DNA of 64,000 nucleotides from a virus (Duplodnaviria; Caudoviricetes): IMG/VR virus record IMGVR_UViG_3300018012_000099; one strand, 5' to 3'. Shown piece by piece: positions 48,207 to 57,213 of this stretch (position 1 is its first letter; each line of letters starts with the position of its first letter). The notes under the pieces were generated by a model. It saw only the letters and a program-made list of their open reading frames with translations, ran no database searches and was not told where the DNA came from. The position numbers and the translations under genes were made by a program.

Positions 48207-48932
48207 ATGGTTGGATTTAATGTAACAAAGGTACTACCCTCCAATTTTCAGCCCAACTGGTTGTCTGGATCTCCTAATGTTCTATGGGTACGTGGTGATA
48301 AGGGGGTTACTCTTAATTCTACTACCATTAGCGCGTGGGCCGATCAAAGCGGTAATGGTCATAATTTATCTCAAGGTACACCCAGTACACAACCCACTTT
48401 TGTTAGTTCCAGTATTAATAGTCGTCCAGCCGCACAATTTGTATCTGGTAGCCATCAAGTATTAACCAATAGTGGTGGCTGTCCGGGAGGAAATGCTGCG
48501 CACACAATTCTCGTTGCTGGTGCATTTACTGCTACCCCCGCCACTTTCCAAGGTTTGGTAGGCTATGGAGGATCGAACACCGGCTACGGATCTTCTACAG
48601 TGGGTCAAGAAGGAAAATATTGGTTTGGTGGTTCCAACAATGTAAGTCCGATGAGCAGTGGTAATGCTGATACTTCATCTCACGTTTTTACAAAGACTTT
48701 CGATGGATCTCATATTGACGGTTATATTGATGGCACTAGTGTGGCTACACTTAGCAGCGTCACTATGGCACTAAGTACCGGCATACAAGTGGGTGCCTAT
48801 GCTGACCCCGCCAATACTTATTGCAGTGCTAACATCGCCGAAGTCATTATTTACAATCGCATATTAACTGCCGGGGAACAAACCCAGGTACAAAGATATC
48901 TAGGAAATAGATATGCTATTACTGTTCCGTAA
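48207..48932 (+). CDS. LamG/concanavalin-A-like lectin domain virion protein
   Basis: LWVRGDKG, SAWADQSGNGHNLSQ, GYIDG, IAEVIIYNRIL...QRYLGNRY. Confidence 0.75.
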   Translation: MVGFNVTKVLPSNFQPNWLSGSPNVLWVRGDKGVTLNSTTISAWADQSGNGHNLSQGTPSTQPTFVSSSINSRPAAQFVSGSHQVLTNSGGCPGGNAAHTILVAGAFTATPATFQGLVGYGGSNTGYGSSTVGQEGKYWFGGSNNVSPMSSGNADTSSHVFTKTFDGSHIDGYIDGTSVATLSSVTMALSTGIQVGAYADPANTYCSANIAEVIIYNRILTAGEQTQVQRYLGNRYAITVP

Positions 48933-51900
48933 TTAAGGATTAAATCCAGGTAATACTTCGAACATTACATAAATATCTAGATTACCTTGAGTTAAAGCAC
49001 TTAAATTAGCCACTGTAGATCTAAAAGTGGCGCTTAAAACCCACTGTTCGGTAGTAGTTGGGTTTCCGTCTGTGGTTCCCCACACCAAAGCCGCTCCTTG
49101 AACGGTAGTAGCCAAATCGGCTCCTAAATCTCCTGAGGAGGCACCAATGGGTGTAGTGGTAGTAACCGCAGATTTGACATCCGTAGCCAGAATATAAGAG
49201 TTAGTAACCGCTGATCCTGATACTGGAACTTGTTTACCCACTTCTACTGTACAAGTAGCGATAGAGCCTCCAGAAAAAGTTGTGTTAATATTAACATACA
49301 CAGCTTTAATTCTAGTTTTATTCCATGGATAAGATAAAGCCAATGTATTGGTTAATCCTCCAGTGTGCACTGCTGTAAAAGGAATGGTAAATTTGGCACA
49401 CGCCCCTACCATAGATCCCAGAGTTGGAGTTAGAACACCAGAGGCTAGTGAGGCGCCAGGCTGTGCTGGTAATACTTGGCGGGCAATATGCAAATCTTGT
49501 CCATCAAAGCGTTGAATGGGGACATTGGTTCCTCCTTCAGAAGGAACGAAAAAATCCCCGTCTGATGACACACGGAATTGTAATCCTCCGCCACCGTACC
49601 CAGAATAGTATTGTTTAGTACCAGAAATATAAGCATTAGTGTTGCTATCAAATACTGGAAAAAATAATTCACCAGTGTATGAACTATTGAAAATATAGGT
49701 AGTACCTCTAGAACGTAGGGAGCCCGCTTCGCTAGTCGCTCCAGTATTGGCTCCCGCTGCTATGACCAAGGGAAAATTGTTGGTGGAATCTAGCCATTCG
49801 CATCCTTCGAAAGACATGCTGCCACCGAAACGAATAAAGGCATCACCCGTACCATAATTTGTGAAATCTCCCCTATTTGGTGTATTACCGCTCCACGTAC
49901 AGGCAATAAAACTACACTGGGCAGCTGCGGCGGTTCCTATATTACCTTGCAGCAAGTAACCAGAACCTTCTGATTCAAAACCATTTACTACCATAGCAGT
50001 ACCAGCACATCGAAGATCACACTGATTATCAGCGGCGGTACAAGCGTTGAGAGTAAAACAATCACTTCCATAAATAGCATCTAGTCCAGTACCGAGTGAA
50101 ATAAAAATACACCCATCAAATCCAAACTGTTTGACATTGGCGCCAGACAAGCAACGCCATCCTGCATAGGTGGAAATACCAGCTACGTAAAAATTAGTAG
50201 TAGAATAGGTTCCGGCTGCAAAATGAGCTGTTAGTCCAGTAGAGCCAAGTACAAAGGAAGCGGCTGTTGATTGACCAGTTTGTTGAACCACGCTATTTAA
50301 AGTCCAAGTAAATTGTGCTACACCTAGCGTTCCTCCAAAGGTAATAATAATACCTATGTTGTTGGCTGCGCTGGTATTGCCGACACCAGTAAAAGTAACA
50401 GCTGGCGGAGATGTTCCGTAGGAAGTAACGGCAAAACCCGCTCCTTGAAAATAACAATCTCGGAAATTAGAAGTATCTACCTGCGCACCTACAAATGCAC
50501 CAGTTAGATCTCCGGCAGCAAAACAAGCAGGAGAAGGTCCCTCTTCAGTCCAGGTAACACCGCCATCGGTAACAGTGCCACCAGCCGTTTGTGGGAAAAC
50601 GGGAGCACTAGCACCACTGGTGCCTCCCGTGGTAGCTTTATATAAGTGTCCATTATCTTGAAAAAATCCACTATCTGAAGCAATTACGTAGGTATTTTGA
50701 GGATACGGAGCTCCGGGTTGCCAGACTGGCACTGAAATGGTATTGATAAATGCACAGTTGGTCCATTTTGTTCCGGTAGAAAAGGCTCGAAGATTAACAC
50801 AAATAGCTGCGTTGGCCCCACCGTCGAAATTGATACCAGAGATGCGAACACTGCGAGCATTACTGATGGAAAACATAGTGCCATACTGAGCACCGTTCCA
50901 TCTTATAGTAGTACCCGGATATGCTCCATGGCCACCCATTTCACCTTGCCAGACGAAATAATTAGTATGACCTGAACCCGGACCTCCTGAATCGACTACT
51001 ATTGTAGAACTAATGAGGTATGTTCCCATGGGGAAAAACAAAGTAGGAGGATCAGTAGCTAGAGCGGTATTTTGTGTAATTGATGCGGCTATAGCGGCAT
51101 TGATAGCTGCCGTATCATCAGTGACACCATCACCCACTGCGCCATATTGTGGATCTTTAACATTGATCACAGTGTGCACGTTAGTAACAGTACCTAGACG
51201 AGCGTAACCGCTAGCTGATCCAAAATTCCCACTATCGAAGATTACGTTATTGGTACCTGGATCCGTGATAGATGTAAAACCAGATGCATACACTAGGCAA
51301 TTATGTGAATAGCTGGGTAGATCAAGCGTAACTCCGACCATCAGACAGGTGGTGAAGTTAGTGGTTACATAAGTTGATGCTGATTGTGGCGTGCTTCTGA
51401 GGTACTGTAGTGGTCCCGAGCTTCCACAGTGACAATTGTTAAAAGTAACTTGGTTAATAGCAGTAGGTTGTGTTGGTGTTTCAGTGGTGACGTCAAAGAC
51501 AATATCTCCCAAGCTGCTACCATTAACTCCACCATTATTGCCCTCGAACCACCAACCATCGATATTTATTGTCTCTACAGCATTAATACCAGATAGTTGC
51601 AGACGAGGTTTAATTCTCATACCTATTTGATAATTGCCCTGAGCAATACCACCGAAAAATGATAAATTAGCTCCAACTTGAATATCCATTCCGATATTGT
51701 TATTTTGACAATTAACATTATAAAAGAAATTATTATTAAAAGAGAATGAGTTGACTGTTCCATTAATTAAAATACCGGTACCATTACTAGTGGCATAAAT
51801 ATCTCTATAAACGCATTCTTCTCCATCACCAGGGTTCAAACCTACAAAAAATCCTTCCAACCAAACATTTTCTACATTGGAAAGTGTAAATCCTTGATTA

Positions 51901-52550
51901 ACGGTTGGACGCATGGACAGACCAGTGGTGGTATTGCCATGTGAGCCACTCAGAGGATTGTATGGAGATGCCGAAACAATAGCTAAATCTCTAATAACAA
52001 TTCCCTGGACAACAGTGGAGCCAGAAGAACCATTTTCTCCTACGGTAAACGCATTGCCGGTAGTTAGGGTGCTGTAGAGAAAGGATCCGTGATTATCAGC
52101 CAGCACCGTTGGATCGTTACTAGCCCAACCATCACCTTTGATAATGCAGGCAGCCAAGCCAAAATCTACCTGACTGGTACATTTGTAAGAGCCGGCTGGA
52201 AAATAAACCACACCACCATTTGCGGCATCTTTAGCAGTAACGGCGGCTAGCACGGCGGCGGTGTCGTCGGCAATACCATCACCTATGGCTCCAAAGCTTC
52301 TAACATTGAAATTAATGTTACCACCCAAATTAGCTACGTTCCAGGTCACTAAATCACTGGCTAGCTGATAGAAAGTAGTATCAGCCGTGACATAGACAAG
52401 CATTCCTACTTTTCTATTCTGAGATGGAATGGCATCCATAGCCGCCACGGACGATTGGACTTGAAACCCACCCGCTACGTTAATATCTGTAACAACTGGA
52501 AACGCCCCGCCATTTTTGGGAACAATGGTATCGATAACATTAACTGGCAT
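48933..52550 (-). CDS. Tailspike/depolymerase with two pectate-lyase-3-like beta-helix domains and a CBM-like insert
   Basis: NVRSFGAIGDGIADDTAA and NVKDPQYGAVGDGVTDDTAA, each followed by YFPAG/FFPMG; W-x-P...GHLYKATTGGTSG...TDGGVTW insert; N-terminal DAIP..RKVGMLVYV adaptor. Confidence 0.75.
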   Translation of the reverse strand: MPVNVIDTIVPKNGGAFPVVTDINVAGGFQVQSSVAAMDAIPSQNRKVGMLVYVTADTTFYQLASDLVTWNVANLGGNINFNVRSFGAIGDGIADDTAAVLAAVTAKDAANGGVVYFPAGSYKCTSQVDFGLAACIIKGDGWASNDPTVLADNHGSFLYSTLTTGNAFTVGENGSSGSTVVQGIVIRDLAIVSASPYNPLSGSHGNTTTGLSMRPTVNQGFTLSNVENVWLEGFFVGLNPGDGEECVYRDIYATSNGTGILINGTVNSFSFNNNFFYNVNCQNNNIGMDIQVGANLSFFGGIAQGNYQIGMRIKPRLQLSGINAVETINIDGWWFEGNNGGVNGSSLGDIVFDVTTETPTQPTAINQVTFNNCHCGSSGPLQYLRSTPQSASTYVTTNFTTCLMVGVTLDLPSYSHNCLVYASGFTSITDPGTNNVIFDSGNFGSASGYARLGTVTNVHTVINVKDPQYGAVGDGVTDDTAAINAAIAASITQNTALATDPPTLFFPMGTYLISSTIVVDSGGPGSGHTNYFVWQGEMGGHGAYPGTTIRWNGAQYGTMFSISNARSVRISGINFDGGANAAICVNLRAFSTGTKWTNCAFINTISVPVWQPGAPYPQNTYVIASDSGFFQDNGHLYKATTGGTSGASAPVFPQTAGGTVTDGGVTWTEEGPSPACFAAGDLTGAFVGAQVDTSNFRDCYFQGAGFAVTSYGTSPPAVTFTGVGNTSAANNIGIIITFGGTLGVAQFTWTLNSVVQQTGQSTAASFVLGSTGLTAHFAAGTYSTTNFYVAGISTYAGWRCLSGANVKQFGFDGCIFISLGTGLDAIYGSDCFTLNACTAADNQCDLRCAGTAMVVNGFESEGSGYLLQGNIGTAAAAQCSFIACTWSGNTPNRGDFTNYGTGDAFIRFGGSMSFEGCEWLDSTNNFPLVIAAGANTGATSEAGSLRSRGTTYIFNSSYTGELFFPVFDSNTNAYISGTKQYYSGYGGGGLQFRVSSDGDFFVPSEGGTNVPIQRFDGQDLHIARQVLPAQPGASLASGVLTPTLGSMVGACAKFTIPFTAVHTGGLTNTLALSYPWNKTRIKAVYVNINTTFSGGSIATCTVEVGKQVPVSGSAVTNSYILATDVKSAVTTTTPIGASSGDLGADLATTVQGAALVWGTTDGNPTTTEQWVLSATFRSTVANLSALTQGNLDIYVMFEVLPGFNP

Positions 52551-52598
52551 AATAATTCCTCGAGAGTAAACTGCTATTGATATACAAAGTTATTGACA

Positions 52599-53576
52599 TC
52601 AAAATACACTAACCATAGTGATGCCCAAATTAACCTGGGAACTTTGATACAAGGTATAATTTTCTGTAAATCCGTGAGCATTGGTCACTGCTATGGTGGT
52701 AGATACTAAATTAAAACCACCCTCAAATCCATCTGTCCAAAAATCAGCGGTTCCATAAGCAGAACGATAAGCAAAATAAATAGCTTGTCCTGCACCGGCA
52801 TTAATGGTGAAACTGGTTACTTTGGTAGTACTCAAAGGATTATTAGCTAAAGCTTGTATAAAGGCGGCCGTATTGCCTCCCGGAGCTCCCACACCATAGT
52901 ATAATCTCTGTGTCCAAGTAGTAGTGGTAGTTGCGGTCGTAGTTGAAATACCATCACTAGAAGTAAGTGTGAAAGTTACAGAAAATGGAACGACCGGATA
53001 AGAATTGAATTCATAACTTTCGTTGTAAGCAAAAATATCCGGAGGAATGGAAGGCGGTGGTGCAGTAAAGACATCTTGCGTGGGGCTGCCCACACTATCT
53101 GAAATAGTGGCAGTCACTGGCGTTTGGCTGTAGGTAGCATTAAAAATAGGATTAACTAGGGCTTGGCTTATTTCTACAAATGTAGAGGGTCCGGATAAAG
53201 TAATAGTATACCCTACATTTTGTGGAAACTCCGGAAGCCAAGCTACCCCATTCCAAGTCATTACCTGCCCAGTATCGGGCGCGACTGGGGAAATGGGTCT
53301 TCCCTGCAATCCTACTACCAGAGGATGTACAGAATTTCCTCCCAAATCTCCTGTCAAGGTAATTACTTCTAAATTGTTAATTGTATTTTCTATAGCATTT
53401 AATCTGTTACCAACAGTTCCATAAAAACTAGCTGGATTGACACCTAGTGTTCTTTCAATAGCTAATATTGCATCTCTTAATTGATTAATAAAAACGCCAG
53501 ATATTGGAGTGAAATTGTCTACTACAGTTGGCAAACTGTTAGTATTATCAATGCTAGCGGGATAGGTGGTTGACAT
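52599..53576 (-). CDS. Tail-fibre/RBP adaptor protein
   Basis: YPASID..LP...AIERTLG, ITLTGDLGG..HPLV.GLQGRPI, GQVMTWNG..W. Confidence 0.6.
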   Translation of the reverse strand: MSTTYPASIDNTNSLPTVVDNFTPISGVFINQLRDAILAIERTLGVNPASFYGTVGNRLNAIENTINNLEVITLTGDLGGNSVHPLVVGLQGRPISPVAPDTGQVMTWNGVAWLPEFPQNVGYTITLSGPSTFVEISQALVNPIFNATYSQTPVTATISDSVGSPTQDVFTAPPPSIPPDIFAYNESYEFNSYPVVPFSVTFTLTSSDGISTTTATTTTTWTQRLYYGVGAPGGNTAAFIQALANNPLSTTKVTSFTINAGAGQAIYFAYRSAYGTADFWTDGFEGGFNLVSTTIAVTNAHGFTENYTLYQSSQVNLGITMVSVF

Positions 53577-53697
53577 AAATCCTCGTTAAAATACCAGATA
53601 TTTAGTAGGCATTTATTTGTTTGTGTGAAACGGGGCGTAGTCTAACACAATATTAGGATTTATGACCGATATATAATAATGTATCATCGGAGGTTTC

Positions 53698-54201
53698 ATG
53701 GCTTACAAAGACAAAGAAAAACAAAAAGAGTATCATAAAAAATATCAAAAAATACATCGACAACAAAATAATATTGCCGTCCGCAAGTACAGGAGCAAAA
53801 ATAGAGAAAAGATAAAAGCGTATGACAAAGAATATTGTGCTCGCGGTGAAGTAAAATTACAACGCAGAGCCTATAGAATGACACCACGTGGCAGATATGC
53901 TACATTAATAAGTGCGGCAAAACAACGTCAAATCAATTGCGACATTACATTTGAACAATATTGCGACCTGATCAAAAACCAATGTCACTACTGTAAAGGG
54001 GTTTTTAGAAAAATAGAGGATCATGAAGGTTATTTTCTCGATCGTATCAACAATGATATCGGTTATGTGTTAGAGAATTGTATAACCTGCTGTTTCATTT
54101 GTAATAAAATAAAAGGTGATAGTTTCACATATGAAGAAACGAAGGCGGCTGTCGATGCTATTTTAATGTATAGGAGCAAAAAATGTCATTTGATAATTTG
54201 A
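53698..54201 (+). CDS. HNH/endonuclease-VII-like endonuclease
   Basis: CHYC, LDRINNDIGY..ENCITCCFICNKIKG; GGAGG SD. Confidence 0.8.
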   Translation: MAYKDKEKQKEYHKKYQKIHRQQNNIAVRKYRSKNREKIKAYDKEYCARGEVKLQRRAYRMTPRGRYATLISAAKQRQINCDITFEQYCDLIKNQCHYCKGVFRKIEDHEGYFLDRINNDIGYVLENCITCCFICNKIKGDSFTYEETKAAVDAILMYRSKKCHLII

Positions 54202-54839
54202 TAAGCGGAGCTAAAACATATTTCCCAGAATTGCAGGTTAAATATAAAGACAGCAGTCTGCTTATGAAAATAATTGGAACAATAATGTTTTTTAGTCCTT
54301 CATTCATGTCAAATTACATCACTACTATTGGCAATACTATCTATATTCCTAATCAGAATTACATCACCTCACGCCCCGTCTCTGCTGCTGTTGTTTTTAT
54401 GCATGAGGTAGTTCATCTCTATGATCATAGAAGGTTGGGCACTTTTTGGTTCCAATTATCTTATGTTATGCCACAGATTTTTGCGTTGCCCGCCTTGCTA
54501 CTTTTTTTACTGAGTTGGAAAATTGCGTTACCCGTCGTATTATTCTTTTTACTTCCACTACCATCCTATTTTAGAATGAAGTACGAAAGAAGAGCTTACT
54601 ACGCCTCTATCTATATTATTCAAAAACTGAGCGAAAAACTCAACTTCGATCCTCATTTAGAAAGTCAAAATACTTATTTTGTAGAATGCTTTGCGGATTC
54701 TACCTATTATTTTATGTGGCCATTTAGTAGTATCATAGCCGATGACTTTACTACTGCCAGGCAGCTAGTACAAGCCGGTAAGCGCCCATACGAGGACCCA
54801 GTCTTTGACATATTGGATGATTTAGTCACCAAAGTGTAA
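54183..54839 (+). CDS. Membrane-associated HExxH zinc metalloprotease-like protein
   Basis: FMHEVVH followed by hydrophobic helices, then YERRAY (candidate third-ligand Glu). Confidence 0.6.
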   Translation: MSFDNLISGAKTYFPELQVKYKDSSLLMKIIGTIMFFSPSFMSNYITTIGNTIYIPNQNYITSRPVSAAVVFMHEVVHLYDHRRLGTFWFQLSYVMPQIFALPALLLFLLSWKIALPVVLFFLLPLPSYFRMKYERRAYYASIYIIQKLSEKLNFDPHLESQNTYFVECFADSTYYFMWPFSSIIADDFTTARQLVQAGKRPYEDPVFDILDDLVTKV

Positions 54840-54861
54840 TGCCCTGATATAATTAAGATGC

Positions 54862-56073
54862 ATGAACCACTATGATGTTGGAATAATAGGAGCCGGCATT
54901 GCGGGCGCCTTTGCTACTTTAAAATTGGCTAAAGATCACAAAAATACCAAAGTAATTTTATTTGATATTGGTCGACCACCGCAGAAACGCAGGCGTCAAC
55001 TTGAGGGCTGGCTGGGCTGCCTTCCTAACAGTGATGGCAAATTGTATTTAAGCGATTTGAACAAAATCATTGATGTGACAGGTCTCCGAAAGGCTAAAAC
55101 TGCTTATAATTGGTTGGATAAATATTTATCTAATGTAAATACTTTCAAGATAATTGCGGATAGGCCCATTTCCTCCAGTTTAGACAAGAAATTTAAGAAG
55201 TGCGGATATGAAGTTTCTCTAAATAATTACATTCAAGTTTACCCGAAAGATATTCATACTCTGTCTAAATTAATGGCGGAAACCGTTGAAACCAATAAAA
55301 ATATTACTTTTAAATTTGATAGCGAAGTGATGCGTGTTCACAAACAAAAGAATATGTTTATAGTAGCGACGGAAGATCAGGAATATCGTTGTAAAAAACT
55401 TATTATCGCCGTAGGTCGTAGTGGGTGGCGTTGGGCTAGTCAGCTGTTTGCACATTTTGATATCGTGGAAAATAACGATGTGGCTCGTTTCGGTATTCGC
55501 ATCGAAACCAATTCAGCTAATATGAAAGAGTTTAATCGTTCTAACTGTACTATTGTTAAGGGAAGTGAGCTAGAGTTAGGACCATTCTCTTGGTATGGTA
55601 CAGTTATTCCTGAAGACCATTTAGATATGGCTATTTCGGCTTTTCGTTCTAATGAGAACAGATGGAAAAGTGATAAAGTATCTTTTAACTTAATTGGCAA
55701 TAGAATATTTCCAGGCACTGGATTTGAGCAAACTAATCGAATTGGTGGATTGTCTTTTGTTCTATCTAATGATCGAATTATTAAAGAGCGTGTGTCAACC
55801 ATTATGACTGGCAAGAGTAAAATATCCCCGATCCATGAATATGATTGGTTAAAGGAAACTTTGAACGAATTAGGCACCATCATTCCCGAAATTACTACTA
55901 AAGCTTATTTTCACGTGCCCACTATCTTACCAATGGCTCCCAAAATTAATATTGGTAATAATTTAGCGTCGGAGATAGAAGGCATGTTTGTTGTTGGAGA
56001 ATCAGCCGGCATTTCTGGCATACTTGCTGCCGCTACCATGGGAATAATTGCTGGAGACAGCGTTTGTAAATAA
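54862..56073 (+). CDS. FAD-dependent oxidoreductase (COG2509/HI0933-like)
   Basis: VGIIGAGIAG, IFDIG, NSDGKL, IAVGRSG, FVVGESAG.SGILAAA..G. Confidence 0.75.
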   Translation: MNHYDVGIIGAGIAGAFATLKLAKDHKNTKVILFDIGRPPQKRRRQLEGWLGCLPNSDGKLYLSDLNKIIDVTGLRKAKTAYNWLDKYLSNVNTFKIIADRPISSSLDKKFKKCGYEVSLNNYIQVYPKDIHTLSKLMAETVETNKNITFKFDSEVMRVHKQKNMFIVATEDQEYRCKKLIIAVGRSGWRWASQLFAHFDIVENNDVARFGIRIETNSANMKEFNRSNCTIVKGSELELGPFSWYGTVIPEDHLDMAISAFRSNENRWKSDKVSFNLIGNRIFPGTGFEQTNRIGGLSFVLSNDRIIKERVSTIMTGKSKISPIHEYDWLKETLNELGTIIPEITTKAYFHVPTILPMAPKINIGNNLASEIEGMFVVGESAGISGILAAATMGIIAGDSVCK

Positions 56074-56086
56074 TATTGAGAATATC

Positions 56087-56542
56087 ATGTCTAACAAGCC
56101 AAATAATACAGAGACCACGTCCAATATTCCAACCTTATCAGAAGAGGGCAAGGATCGGAATCAACATTATAACTTGAGCAAATTCGAATATGATTTGTAC
56201 CATGAAGAAGACGATATAGCAGAAAAAGTTATTCGAGTTAAACGTGTATCGCTGCCCAATAAAGGTGAACGTTGGAAAGTATTTAGTGATAACAAAATAA
56301 TATTTACAATAGAAGGAAATAAGCTATCAAAAAAGGAAAAAGAGTTCTTACAGACGATTGACGGTGTCAATTTTATATTGACGCATGCTAAGTCCGGTTT
56401 TACCTCTTTTAATAAGTTTCGTGTGGAATTGAAAAATAAAGTTGATAACAAATTATCAGACAAGGTAACAAGTACAGCGGTACAAAAACCAGTTAAACGT
56501 ACCAAAAAACCAAGAAAAAGTGCTAGCAAAACAAATAAATAA
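56087..56542 (+). CDS. Hypothetical protein with a Lys-rich tail
   Basis: ATG 56087 preferred; no motif recognised. Confidence 0.5.
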   Translation: MSNKPNNTETTSNIPTLSEEGKDRNQHYNLSKFEYDLYHEEDDIAEKVIRVKRVSLPNKGERWKVFSDNKIIFTIEGNKLSKKEKEFLQTIDGVNFILTHAKSGFTSFNKFRVELKNKVDNKLSDKVTSTAVQKPVKRTKKPRKSASKTNK

Positions 56543-56610
56543 TACAGACACTTGATGCTCTGACGGCTGATGCTTAACTTGTAGATACGTACGGCGCCTA
56601 GGAGTATTTT

Positions 56611-57213
56611 ATGAATTTTTCTTTTTATGTGATCGATATCGAAACCACCGGATTGGACTCGCATCGGCATGACGTGATTGAGTTGTCCATTCATCGTCTA
56701 GGTATGGAAGGCGAAGAAGCACAGAAAACATGGTGTCTCAAACCGCTCACGCCCGACACCATGGATCCGGTAGCTTTGCGAATTAATGGTCATAAGGCTG
56801 ACGATCTATTGCATCGCACCAAGGAAGGTCGCGAGCGTTATCAAGAAGCTGCCCAAGTTATTATTGAAGTGGAAAACTGGCTAGCAGAAGATGGCATGCC
56901 AGCCGAAAAGAGATTTCTAATTGGTCAGAACGTCGCTTTCGATCGTGAACGTTTGGAACAACTATGGGTTAAATTAAACTCTAGAGACAGTTTTCCTTTT
57001 GGTCGTCGCTATATGGACACCATGGTCGTTGAACTGTTCCTAGATTACTGTAAGGGTCAATTTGCTGACGCCTATAATCTTGGCACTCTGGTCAAGAAGT
57101 ATGGCATTACTAATAGCAAAGCACATACGGCAGCCGCAGACACTCTGGCAACAAAACAAGTATTTGAGAAACAGGTAGAGTTTTTCAAAAAGATTCTACT
57201 AAAAAGTGAATAA
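56611..57213 (+). CDS. DEDDh 3'-5' exonuclease (Pol III epsilon/RNase T-like)
   Basis: IDIETTG (ExoI), GQNVAFD (ExoII), HTAAAD (ExoIII); AGGAG SD. Confidence 0.88.
   Translation: MNFSFYVIDIETTGLDSHRHDVIELSIHRLGMEGEEAQKTWCLKPLTPDTMDPVALRINGHKADDLLHRTKEGRERYQEAAQVIIEVENWLAEDGMPAEKRFLIGQNVAFDRERLEQLWVKLNSRDSFPFGRRYMDTMVVELFLDYCKGQFADAYNLGTLVKKYGITNSKAHTAAADTLATKQVFEKQVEFFKKILLKSE

Noticed and set aside
2025-48932. DGY as a DNA-level repeat or nuclease/methylase site
   Set aside because: The underlying 9-mers use many synonymous codon combinations, and I recognised it only in the coding frame of these genes.
48933-53697. Site-specific invertible fibre cassette (Gin/Cin/shufflon type)
   Set aside because: I found no flanking inverted repeats and no recombinase; it is treated as a fixed inversion or insertion.
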